NCBI GenBank assembly: GCA_035480055.1
Contig: DATIIB010000009.1
Coordinates: 149,068-213,067 of the forward strand
DNA from: Candidatus Saccharimonadales bacterium
GTDB taxonomy: Bacteria; Patescibacteriota; Saccharimonadia; Saccharimonadales; DASZAF01
Reading direction: 5' to 3'
DNA: 64,000 nt
The translations under genes and the position numbers were made by a program. The notes below the pieces were generated by a model. That model ran no database searches and had not been told where the DNA came from. It saw only the letters and a program-made list of their open reading frames with translations. Numbering within the stretch: position 1 is the first letter of the stretch; each line of letters opens with the position of its first letter. Of this stretch, positions 27,856 to 36,262 are shown piece by piece.

Positions 27856-29729
27856 GCCTCACCCTCCGCATACCTCTTTGCCCGCTCGTAACCTTGGCGC
27901 CATGTGATGGCTCCACTATCAACGTCTTCAACGATTCCCGCAAGCAGATCAGCACCATCTTGGCGTTGCTGAGAATTTTCTTGAGTCCAAGATTGGGGGT
28001 ATTGATATCCATCTCTCATGAACGAAATATTTCCGTCAAGTCGATTCAGCACTACATCTCCAAGCCTAGGGGCGTTGGGAATGTCAGTTGGCCGAAAAGC
28101 TTGATTCTCCTGCACGAAGTCAAATCCCTCTTCTGCTGATCGAAGTGTCACACCCTCTGCGGCCACTGCCCGGCCAAGCACTCGCTGTGGTGACCATCTT
28201 GTTGACATGTTATCCTCTAGCGAAAGGGCAAGCGCGTCTTGCGCTGCCGACCGTTCACTCAACGATTGTAGGTCTACTCCCGAAAGCGCTTGCACCCGAG
28301 GATCAGAGCTGGACTTGCCTGCTTGTTTTCCCGTGCCTTCCTCAAAAGCGGTTCCATCGATCATTGCCTTGCCCGCTGCAGCGTCTTCGGGAGCACGGCC
28401 AAGGGCTACCGCGTGGGCTGCATACAACCTGGCCGATCGGTGTTCATCTGCTTGCTGAGGATCGTGAAGGTTATCTTTTTCGCGGCCATGACCGTAAACA
28501 GCATCGGCATAAGCTTCGGCTGATACGCCTGTGACATAATCTTGGTCACTAAAGGTGCGAGGTCGTCCCGCTGCAGCGTCAGCGGCATTCACTGTGTCAA
28601 AATGAGTGACGAGATGTTTCATGTCATCTGGCAATCCTCCGGCATTGTGATAAAAAGCTCGTGTTCCATGTTCTGGTTGCTCCAAGCTCCCAACTATTTG
28701 TTGCACACCGCCTGTTTCTGGATCGCCATATACTGTCCGCGCAATCAATAGACCACTCGCGGCCAGTTCCACGCCGGTTTGCAGCGCCGGATCGTCACGC
28801 AAGTGCTCTGGTAGACAGCTACGAACCACCTCTGCTTCATGAGCCGCCACAGCAGCAGATAATGGCGCTCTTTCAGGATCAAGAAGTCGCTCGCGAATGG
28901 CCGCAAGATCAGCCTTGTCTTTGTTCGTTCCTCGCGCATCTTTGTAATCAGTAACATCAGCTAAGTTTGCAATGCGTACTCCATCTCCAGTCTGCCAGGT
29001 ACGTGCCTCAAGTTCTTCACGGGGAGAGCCTTCCCAGCCTACTCCTACGTCTAAACCTTCCTTGCGAGCAAGAAGCTTCCCACTAGCCGTGGTAGCCACT
29101 TCCCAGCCGCGGCGGTGAAGTTCTCGAAGACCATCCTCGCTCACTGCGACATCAAGATCATGGGGGTCCCGGAATCCATCGCCTAGAGCTGCCTTTGCCG
29201 CGGCACTGCCTACAACCACAGCCTCTTCGGTAAGTTGTGGACCCAAATGCTCAATAAGTATCTCGTTCAATGCGGTGGTATCTATAACTCCTTTGGTGAT
29301 GTCCGTAGGAGAAATGGTCTCATGAACTTCCAAACGTGCTGTAGCCTCCCTCCCAGGCACCCTCTCAACTGGCTCTTCGTCATTGCCCTCACTACCATCG
29401 CCATCGTTGTCGCCATTACCGCCTGTCTCATACGGAAGGCGAGGAGGAGTGTCACTGCCACCGCCACTGGCATCGGCTACAGGTAGAGTCGCTTCTTCTG
29501 CCTCGTCGAATGTAGTAGTCTGCGAGGCTAACTCGACAGACTTATCATCCGGCGCATCAGAAAGGACTGCGTCAACCGGAAGTGCTGTTGCCTCAATCTC
29601 TGCCGTAACCTTATCGTGCATTTCGCCTTCAGAAGGTTGCCTGGCATCTGTATCGTTATTGTTGTTTACTGAAGCATCTGACTGCTCAGTTTGTTCGCTA
29701 AAATCTTGTGGGTTGAATATTTCGTACAT
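27852..29729 (-). CDS. Hypothetical acidic protein, island member P3, with nucleotidyltransferase-fold-like motif
   Basis: Start at the ATG at 29729 (AAGGTGG RBS). LPVDAVLSD at residues 50-58. SGGGSDTPPRLPYETGGNGDNDGDGSEGNDEE module. VVVGSAAAKAALGDGFRDPHDLDVAV resembles the pol-beta NTase G-S...D-x-D motif. Confidence 0.7.
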   Translation of the reverse strand: MYEIFNPQDFSEQTEQSDASVNNNNDTDARQPSEGEMHDKVTAEIEATALPVDAVLSDAPDDKSVELASQTTTFDEAEEATLPVADASGGGSDTPPRLPYETGGNGDNDGDGSEGNDEEPVERVPGREATARLEVHETISPTDITKGVIDTTALNEILIEHLGPQLTEEAVVVGSAAAKAALGDGFRDPHDLDVAVSEDGLRELHRRGWEVATTASGKLLARKEGLDVGVGWEGSPREELEARTWQTGDGVRIANLADVTDYKDARGTNKDKADLAAIRERLLDPERAPLSAAVAAHEAEVVRSCLPEHLRDDPALQTGVELAASGLLIARTVYGDPETGGVQQIVGSLEQPEHGTRAFYHNAGGLPDDMKHLVTHFDTVNAADAAAGRPRTFSDQDYVTGVSAEAYADAVYGHGREKDNLHDPQQADEHRSARLYAAHAVALGRAPEDAAAGKAMIDGTAFEEGTGKQAGKSSSDPRVQALSGVDLQSLSERSAAQDALALSLEDNMSTRWSPQRVLGRAVAAEGVTLRSAEEGFDFVQENQAFRPTDIPNAPRLGDVVLNRLDGNISFMRDGYQYPQSWTQENSQQRQDGADLLAGIVEDVDSGAITWRQGYERAKRYAEGEA

Positions 29730-29923
29730 AGCAGCCACCTTATCCTGGATAAAAAAAGTCCAAAATGAGTTGTGCAAAGTGCGCACATTTGGTACAACTA
29801 TCCTTATAAAGTGGCAGCAGACATATTAAAGTCGTGCTCGCCGAAGAGCTCTCGGTAAGATGGCTTATGATTTGTATTAATTGCTCTTATGTACAAGAGC
29901 GTGTACAGCCGAAAGCTGAGGAA

Positions 29924-29932
29924 TGCTATAAT
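29924..29932 (+). promoter_or_regulatory. Extended -10 element upstream of P4
   Basis: TGCTATAAT lies 27 nt upstream of the ATG at 29960. Confidence 0.45.
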
Positions 29933-29959
29933 ATAAAATTCTAATTACCAAAAGAGATT

Positions 29960-32900
29960 ATGCCGATACCCGAAACACAGACAGAGCCCCCTAAGGAAAA
30001 AGGGGCAGAAGCAGAAGAGGCTACCGACACCAGATCTTTTATTGGTCGGCATGCAGTTAGCTCGGAGGCACTTCCTGACCTTGCTGCTGAAGATACTACG
30101 GGGATACGTGAAACAAGCGAATACGACGCCATACCTCTGCATGCAGTCCTAGAACCCGTAGAGGTTGAGCAGCAGCCTAAAGTTGCAGGCGAATCTCCAA
30201 AGCGTATTCTGGATGAGACTTCCGAAGCTGGTGCCATAGAAGAAGACGTTGCAACAGACGCCCAGAGAGAACCTCGCAAAATTAGCACCACTTGGTGGGA
30301 AGGTAGAAGACCATCCAAACCTGTACCAAGGCCAATCATTCAAAGCATGACTTCAGGCGAAAAAGCTATTCCGGCCCAGCTCGACAAGCACAGTCGTACC
30401 GCCGAAACAGACTACAGCACCACTTGGGAAGCGCCTCATCAAGAAGATAGTGGGCTAGGTGCCACAGCCATGGCAGTTGTATGTCATGATCGCATAGCAA
30501 AGCTTCAGGCCGAAGGCAAAATTACCGAAGAAGAAGAAATTGTAGTCTGTGAAGTCTCCGACTATGGCGCTGGCATGATGGACTTCATGGCGAAGTTACG
30601 TGAAAAAGACCAACAGAACGAGACCGAAGGCAAAAAAACTGTCATAGCTAGTCGGTTTAAAGGTATCATCATGTGCAGTCCCGAGCGAGCCGAGCTGCTC
30701 CGCAAATCAGGTGCATGGGAGAATGAACCACAAGTCGAGATCAGGGAAGTTGACCTGACAAATCCCAAAGAAATTACACTGCCTCCTAATACGATGGTCG
30801 CCATGCTTGATGGCACCACAAATCACCAACTCGAAAGCTACCAACTTGTTCAGCTAAAGGACAGGCAAGGAAGGCCTAGTGGCGACGTGCTTGACCTCAA
30901 GACGATCACCGCAGTCCAGGGTACCGAACCGCTTATCACTGTTGATACAAAAACTGGCCAAATTAATGCCGTCCAGCCCGGCAACTGGTATCGAAAAAGC
31001 CACCAGACTGCTGAAGGAAACCCAGCTGAATTCACTCCTCAACTTATCGGCCGGGCAGTGGTCTCAGCCAGTTTTCGTCAGAGTGAGGTGCCCTTTGAAG
31101 ATACCGGGCTAGTCAGGAAGGACCGTTCAGCAAGAAATTTCGCAGAAGATGAGGAGCGCCGTCCAGCCAGATTATATAACTATACTCACGGGCTTGAAGC
31201 ACTCATCGCACGCATGACCGAAGGAGTTGGTCCGGACGGTATGGTGTTGGTTGGCGGTCATATGCGTTTTGACCCTGATGTGCCTATCCCCAACCTTGTC
31301 CGCCAAGATACCGTAGAGATACCAGCAGACCCGCCAACGCCCAAAAACCCAAATCCAGCACCATCATACATACTTGCTTCGCCACTCCGCCTCAGCGTGA
31401 CAGAGGCAGGGCAGATAGAAGACGGCGTCAGAATAGCTGCAAAAACTCTTAATAGCAAAATCAATACACATACCGAAGGCCAGGGGCGTGGAAACACCTA
31501 TGATTATATGATCATCGACCGTGCTGATGATGACGAAGCAGAGAAGGCCCTCGCAGTATTTAAAGAGGGAATTGCCCCGCAAGGCAAGAGTAGGGACGAG
31601 ATTCTCGCCCAAGCTGAGACCGCACTCATCAACATGAAGGATGGGGTGAACAGTAAAGATACCATCAATCTTATTGCCAAACGAGTGCGCGAAGCAAATA
31701 ACCCACTCCTTGAGCGAGACTACGAACTCCACCTCGGGCTCTCGAAGCTTTTTCGTGAATATGAGCTTCCCCATCAAGCCGCCGCTCATGCTGCCAAAGC
31801 AACCGAGTTACTGCCCATTGCTTCGGGCGCACACCTGGAGATGGCAGAGGCTGCTTTGGCCGCCGACGAGTTAAAACCGGCAATCAAAGCAGCCGAGCGT
31901 GCTCGAGAATTATCACCCAATAATGCCAAAGTGTATGAGCTTGGCATTAGACTTGCCCAAAAACAAGAAGATCTCGACGCCGAAATAGCTAATCGACTTG
32001 AACATCTACGCTGCGTTGCTGGTGAATCGCCAGTGCAAACCATGGAGAAGCTGTACGAGCTATGCGACGCCCTGACTCGCGACTATGCTGCTCATCGAGA
32101 GGACAGCAGTCATTTCAAGACGATCCTCATAGAAGATCTAGAGACAGGGAAGTATACACCGCACAGAATTGTCACCTCGCAAATTAAACAAATACGCACT
32201 ACCGATACTATTTTGGAAGCTCGCGACGTTGTTCAGCGATACTTCAACGACAATCCCAATATGTCCGGAGAAGAGATGGATGAGTTCGCGGAGCGGTTTA
32301 ACGCACTCTGGGAAGCTGCCTGCCCACGATCTCCTGAAACTGGCGAGCCCCTTGCTCGAGAGGCCTGGCCAGACAGGCCGCAAGGTATGCAACGATGGAT
32401 ATACGAAGGCCTCATTACCCAAAGCGACAAAGAAGCCGTACCTAAAAAACTGGTTGCACTCAATCTTTCTGCAACTACTGACACAACAAAAGAAGTTGCA
32501 CTGCCAAAGGGAAGAGGCAAAAGAATTGTCCCTAACCTTATCAAAATTGGTGACGTTCAGCGTATCAACGGTACCGAGGGACCATTTACCCTTTCACAAA
32601 GAATACTACTGAGTAACGTCTTTGTGGTTGGTTTGACGGGTAAGGGTAAAACTACTCTTGCCGAAGGTATGGCTACCCAGATTGCCGATATGGATGCAAG
32701 TCTTAACCTTTTTGACCTAGGCGACAAGCCCGGGATGCAGGAAATGGTTGAAGCGCTTAATGCACGCGGCATTCCAGTATCTCACTTTAGAATAAATGAT
32801 CCAAATTCGTCACCCGTTTGTCTTGATCTGTTCGAACCCATTCCTGGTTGTTCAGTCACACAGCATATTGGCTCAATCGTTACTGCATGGAAGGCTGCGT

Positions 32901-34591
32901 ATGAGATGCCAGATCCTTTTCCGCAAGCGCTCAAGCAGGCTTTGGAAGATATATATGCCGCAAATGGTTGGGATCTTTTGACAGATGCTCAGAAAGAAGG
33001 TCTCGAAGCCACCTACGAGCGACCTCCCCATGCCACCACGCCGACACTTGAGCAGCTAAGAGTGGCGCTAATGGCTCGCACAGAACACTACGTCAAAACC
33101 GGAGGACCAGCCGCAGCCATCCAGGGATTCTTCAAAACTCGAGCAGCAGACATGAAAACGGAGGAAAATGTCTACTTCTTGACCGAAGGTGCGCCTATTG
33201 ACATGGTCAAGATTGTGTCGGGCGGGGTGAATGTGTGGTTTGATTTCTCAGCGGTAGTTGACAAAGACCAACGTCGCTTTTTTGCTAATCTTTTCTTTGC
33301 GCGTAAGAACCTCGCCCTAGAACATTGTCGCGGTATCTCGTATGACAATACATTAAAATCTGTGGACATTGTTGATGAAGCCGGGCTTATTCTCGATTGC
33401 CCACCAGGAAGTAGTGATTCACGGCAGAAGGGTGTTGAAGAACTTGTTGCCCGCATGCGAACCAACCGCCAATATGGAAATCCAATCGTATGGTTTACAC
33501 AAGGTGTAAGTTCTGCACATGAAGATGCACGTACCCAAGTGAGTACCACTATTTCATTTGGCCTCACGTCTCCAACTGACGCCGAAATAATATCTAAAAG
33601 CTTGAGAGTTGAAGTCCATACTCCTCTCGGACTTCCAATTGGTGAATCGTATGTCGCAAGTGGCGGCGCAAAGGGCGTCAGAATTACCATCCACCGCCCC
33701 CGTAAGCCAAGCGAAGCAGCTCTGGAAGCAGCCAGAAGAAATCCCGTGCCGCTTCCCCTCAAAAGCGGGGCTTCTGCGCACTCCCTCAATGAACGTAAAG
33801 CAGCCGCACGGCAGGCTCGTGAGGATAGTACCGTTGGAATTCGAAACCTCGTACGCAATACTGCCTTAGGCCACATAGCTGGTATCCCGCTGCCTGCTCA
33901 AATACCCGAAGAGACCAGGGAACTATGGAAAAGGACGAACGCTGAAAGTAGAGAGAAGGCCTTACTTCTTGCTGAAACTATAGTGAGCTACACTCTTCAA
34001 GGCCGACGAGAAGTTGTTGCCCGGCACTATGACCCAAATACTCTGGCAAAGAGCGTCCTTCGAACCGCAGTTGGCATGCTTGATGAAACAGAACCCATGA
34101 GCCAAGGGCGCCATGCCAGCTCGGCATTTATTGTTCCCGAGGTTGCCTGGGCTCTCGCTTGGGCTGAGATGGAGCAACCGGATAATCGACGACCGGCAGA
34201 ACCTTATGACTTTGCCCGACCTGCTCCTCTGGGGATAGGGCAGGCGGCAATTACCGCCAATCAACGTGTGCGTGAACGAAGAGCGGCGCTACAACGTCAT
34301 CCGCTTTCACCAGAACGAGATCCAAAGACAGCCGAACTTGCTGCGCAAGCGATTCTTGGCTACCACGACGGCATCCCAATGTGGCGAGATATTCGCACAG
34401 GCGCAGAAGGAGAACAAATTGGGCATCCATTAGGACTCCGTCGTGTTATTGCCGCCCAACAGGGCTATCTGCCATCGGTTAAGTACCCAGGGTTTAGTCC
34501 TATTGAAGGATTGTGGGGACTTCCTAAATTACTCCTTGATCAAACGAAAGAGAGACAAGATAGAGAGAAGCAAGAACTAAGTGCAAAATAG
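29960..34591 (+). CDS. Giant mosaic protein P4: island leader + Rossmann/MTase-like + TPR-like + HerA/FtsK/VirB4-type P-loop ATPase
   Basis: 1543 aa. IPLHAVLEP at residues 58-66. VVCEVSDYGAGMMDF at 30542-30586. Walker A GLTGKGKTT at 32630-32656, Walker B VDIVDEAG at 33362-33385, and RTNRQYGNPIVWFTQ at 33458-33502. Confidence 0.8.
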   Translation: MPIPETQTEPPKEKGAEAEEATDTRSFIGRHAVSSEALPDLAAEDTTGIRETSEYDAIPLHAVLEPVEVEQQPKVAGESPKRILDETSEAGAIEEDVATDAQREPRKISTTWWEGRRPSKPVPRPIIQSMTSGEKAIPAQLDKHSRTAETDYSTTWEAPHQEDSGLGATAMAVVCHDRIAKLQAEGKITEEEEIVVCEVSDYGAGMMDFMAKLREKDQQNETEGKKTVIASRFKGIIMCSPERAELLRKSGAWENEPQVEIREVDLTNPKEITLPPNTMVAMLDGTTNHQLESYQLVQLKDRQGRPSGDVLDLKTITAVQGTEPLITVDTKTGQINAVQPGNWYRKSHQTAEGNPAEFTPQLIGRAVVSASFRQSEVPFEDTGLVRKDRSARNFAEDEERRPARLYNYTHGLEALIARMTEGVGPDGMVLVGGHMRFDPDVPIPNLVRQDTVEIPADPPTPKNPNPAPSYILASPLRLSVTEAGQIEDGVRIAAKTLNSKINTHTEGQGRGNTYDYMIIDRADDDEAEKALAVFKEGIAPQGKSRDEILAQAETALINMKDGVNSKDTINLIAKRVREANNPLLERDYELHLGLSKLFREYELPHQAAAHAAKATELLPIASGAHLEMAEAALAADELKPAIKAAERARELSPNNAKVYELGIRLAQKQEDLDAEIANRLEHLRCVAGESPVQTMEKLYELCDALTRDYAAHREDSSHFKTILIEDLETGKYTPHRIVTSQIKQIRTTDTILEARDVVQRYFNDNPNMSGEEMDEFAERFNALWEAACPRSPETGEPLAREAWPDRPQGMQRWIYEGLITQSDKEAVPKKLVALNLSATTDTTKEVALPKGRGKRIVPNLIKIGDVQRINGTEGPFTLSQRILLSNVFVVGLTGKGKTTLAEGMATQIADMDASLNLFDLGDKPGMQEMVEALNARGIPVSHFRINDPNSSPVCLDLFEPIPGCSVTQHIGSIVTAWKAAYEMPDPFPQALKQALEDIYAANGWDLLTDAQKEGLEATYERPPHATTPTLEQLRVALMARTEHYVKTGGPAAAIQGFFKTRAADMKTEENVYFLTEGAPIDMVKIVSGGVNVWFDFSAVVDKDQRRFFANLFFARKNLALEHCRGISYDNTLKSVDIVDEAGLILDCPPGSSDSRQKGVEELVARMRTNRQYGNPIVWFTQGVSSAHEDARTQVSTTISFGLTSPTDAEIISKSLRVEVHTPLGLPIGESYVASGGAKGVRITIHRPRKPSEAALEAARRNPVPLPLKSGASAHSLNERKAAARQAREDSTVGIRNLVRNTALGHIAGIPLPAQIPEETRELWKRTNAESREKALLLAETIVSYTLQGRREVVARHYDPNTLAKSVLRTAVGMLDETEPMSQGRHASSAFIVPEVAWALAWAEMEQPDNRRPAEPYDFARPAPLGIGQAAITANQRVRERRAALQRHPLSPERDPKTAELAAQAILGYHDGIPMWRDIRTGAEGEQIGHPLGLRRVIAAQQGYLPSVKYPGFSPIEGLWGLPKLLLDQTKERQDREKQELSAK

Positions 34592-34592
34592 T

Positions 34593-36254
34593 TTAACCGG
34601 CCGATTGGACTATCTGCGCAGCGAGAGCCTCGACTATTTCTGCGTGCGCAGTATCTTCCCGAAGCTGAGTCTCTGCTATCACTTGGCGAGTACTCCGAGT
34701 AGCTTGAAGAAAAAAGCGCAGCCCTTCACCCGCCAAAGTCATGTCGTGTAAAGAAAGCCTAGCGCGACCTTGTGCGTCGGCAAGCGCATTAGCCACACGT
34801 AGCATGTTTATAGTGGGGAATCGGTCGAGAGGCTGATTCGGTTTTTGGTTCTCTAGTGCCTCGCTGATTACGCGAGCATTCCGGTTAGGAGCTTGTTCAT
34901 AAGCAATGAGGAGCTTTTGCATATACCGCTCAACCATAGCTTGAGGTTCACCAGCTTTCTTGATGATCTTTGGTCCCGCGTCGCTCTTTAGAGCAGCACT
35001 GACAGCAGCGGCAAGATCGGGATCCTTAAGGGCAAGCCCGGAGTCCACTGCAGATTTTAGGAGAACTTCAGGGAAATATTTCCGAGAGGTGACCGTTGCT
35101 GTCATCAGGCACAGCGCTTCTTTGCTTACTTTACCTTTCCAATCAGACTCTATGGAATTTCGAGCTTCCTTGCCAGTGATTGCTCGCTCAAGAGAGTGAG
35201 CAATGGAGTTCCTCACGTTAGTTTGTTTAGGGCTATGAGCTAATAACTCCTCAACTGCTGGACTTACCATACGAGCAAGATCTACAGTGTCACCTTCAGC
35301 TTTGGCTATATCATGCTGCCGCATGGCGCCAAAAAGTATAGCTTTGGCGCCAAAAATTCTTGCATCACCCTCCGCTCTCGCCTTCGCTGTCGCGTCATCC
35401 GCTTCAACATGGCGAGATGTCATTTGTAAGGCATCAGCTTCAAGATACGGCGAATCCAACCATGCACTGAACACATCAGTCAGCTTATCTATCGCTCTGG
35501 GATTTGGAGCAATTTTGGCAAGTTCGTTAATAATATGCTGTCCGGTGAACGGGGATTCGTTTAAGCCTGCAAAGCCAGTCTCGTCTAACGCGTCAGCTGG
35601 CAGTTTTTCCTCAGGCGTGGCAAACGCAAAGGCTACGCGTTCGATTCCATTTGTTGGCTGGTCATAAAAAATGATCGCTTGCGGCCCTTGCTCATGCGCC
35701 ACAATTTTAAATCGAGCTTCCGTGCCCTGTAGTGCGGTGCTTTGCACCATTAATCCGTCAACTAATTCATGGAAATGACGATCGGCTTCCGGTAGATCGA
35801 CATATTCACTCTCAATCTGGCGCTCAGTGCCTTCACCTTCAGCATCATCTGCGTCGCTGCTGGGCTGCGGACCGCTCTCGGGTGGTCTCCCGCTCCCGCC
35901 ATCTTCACCGGTCTGCAGTGGGGGAGCTTTTTCTGCAGCCTCGCTGGGCTCAGCTCCATCTGTAGCATCATGAATAATCGCTTCGTCTGGCTCATCTGAA
36001 AGCGTTACCAACGGATCAGTTTCAATAGTACGAGCAACAGCGGCCGCTGCCACAGTCGGGGCCTCACTGAGGCGTGTAGCTGTCAGCTCATATTGCTCGT
36101 CAACAATAGCATCTACAGGTAACCCTTTGGCCTTTTCCTCTTCCAGATCAGTAGGCTCGTCGTCTTCGACAACTTCCGCGGATGCTACAATTTCGGCATA
36201 ATTTACCGCACTGTCAGGAGGAACAGCGCCAGAAAATTCCAATCCACCCCTCAT
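34593..36254 (-). CDS. Hypothetical acidic protein, island member P5
   Basis: The ATG at 36254 lies 8 nt after the P6 stop; an alternative GTG at 36290 would overlap P6. LPVDAIVDE at 36096-36122. GEDGGSGRPPESGPQPSSDADDAEGEGTE module at 35826-35912. Confidence 0.7.
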   Translation of the reverse strand: MRGGLEFSGAVPPDSAVNYAEIVASAEVVEDDEPTDLEEEKAKGLPVDAIVDEQYELTATRLSEAPTVAAAAVARTIETDPLVTLSDEPDEAIIHDATDGAEPSEAAEKAPPLQTGEDGGSGRPPESGPQPSSDADDAEGEGTERQIESEYVDLPEADRHFHELVDGLMVQSTALQGTEARFKIVAHEQGPQAIIFYDQPTNGIERVAFAFATPEEKLPADALDETGFAGLNESPFTGQHIINELAKIAPNPRAIDKLTDVFSAWLDSPYLEADALQMTSRHVEADDATAKARAEGDARIFGAKAILFGAMRQHDIAKAEGDTVDLARMVSPAVEELLAHSPKQTNVRNSIAHSLERAITGKEARNSIESDWKGKVSKEALCLMTATVTSRKYFPEVLLKSAVDSGLALKDPDLAAAVSAALKSDAGPKIIKKAGEPQAMVERYMQKLLIAYEQAPNRNARVISEALENQKPNQPLDRFPTINMLRVANALADAQGRARLSLHDMTLAGEGLRFFLQATRSTRQVIAETQLREDTAHAEIVEALAAQIVQSAG

Positions 36255-36262
36255 AGCCGCTG

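Noticed and set aside
33172-33876. Long antisense ORFs inside well-supported genes, for example 33172-33876 (-, 234 aa inside P4), 17087-17740 (+, inside the GT gene), 55341-55997 (-, over the YgjP gene), 43208-43732 (-) and 328-696 (-).
   Set aside because: They lie entirely opposite ORFs with clear family motifs. Their composition is Arg/Ser/Leu-rich shadow-frame type, and they lack RBS or promoter context. They were treated as non-coding shadows.
29960-34591. Calling P4 a classical EccC/EssC, FtsK, VirD4 or VirB4.
   Set aside because: Only one P-loop module is visible and there are no N-terminal TM helices. The added MTase-like and TPR-like regions do not fit those architectures. Only superfamily-level similarity is claimed.
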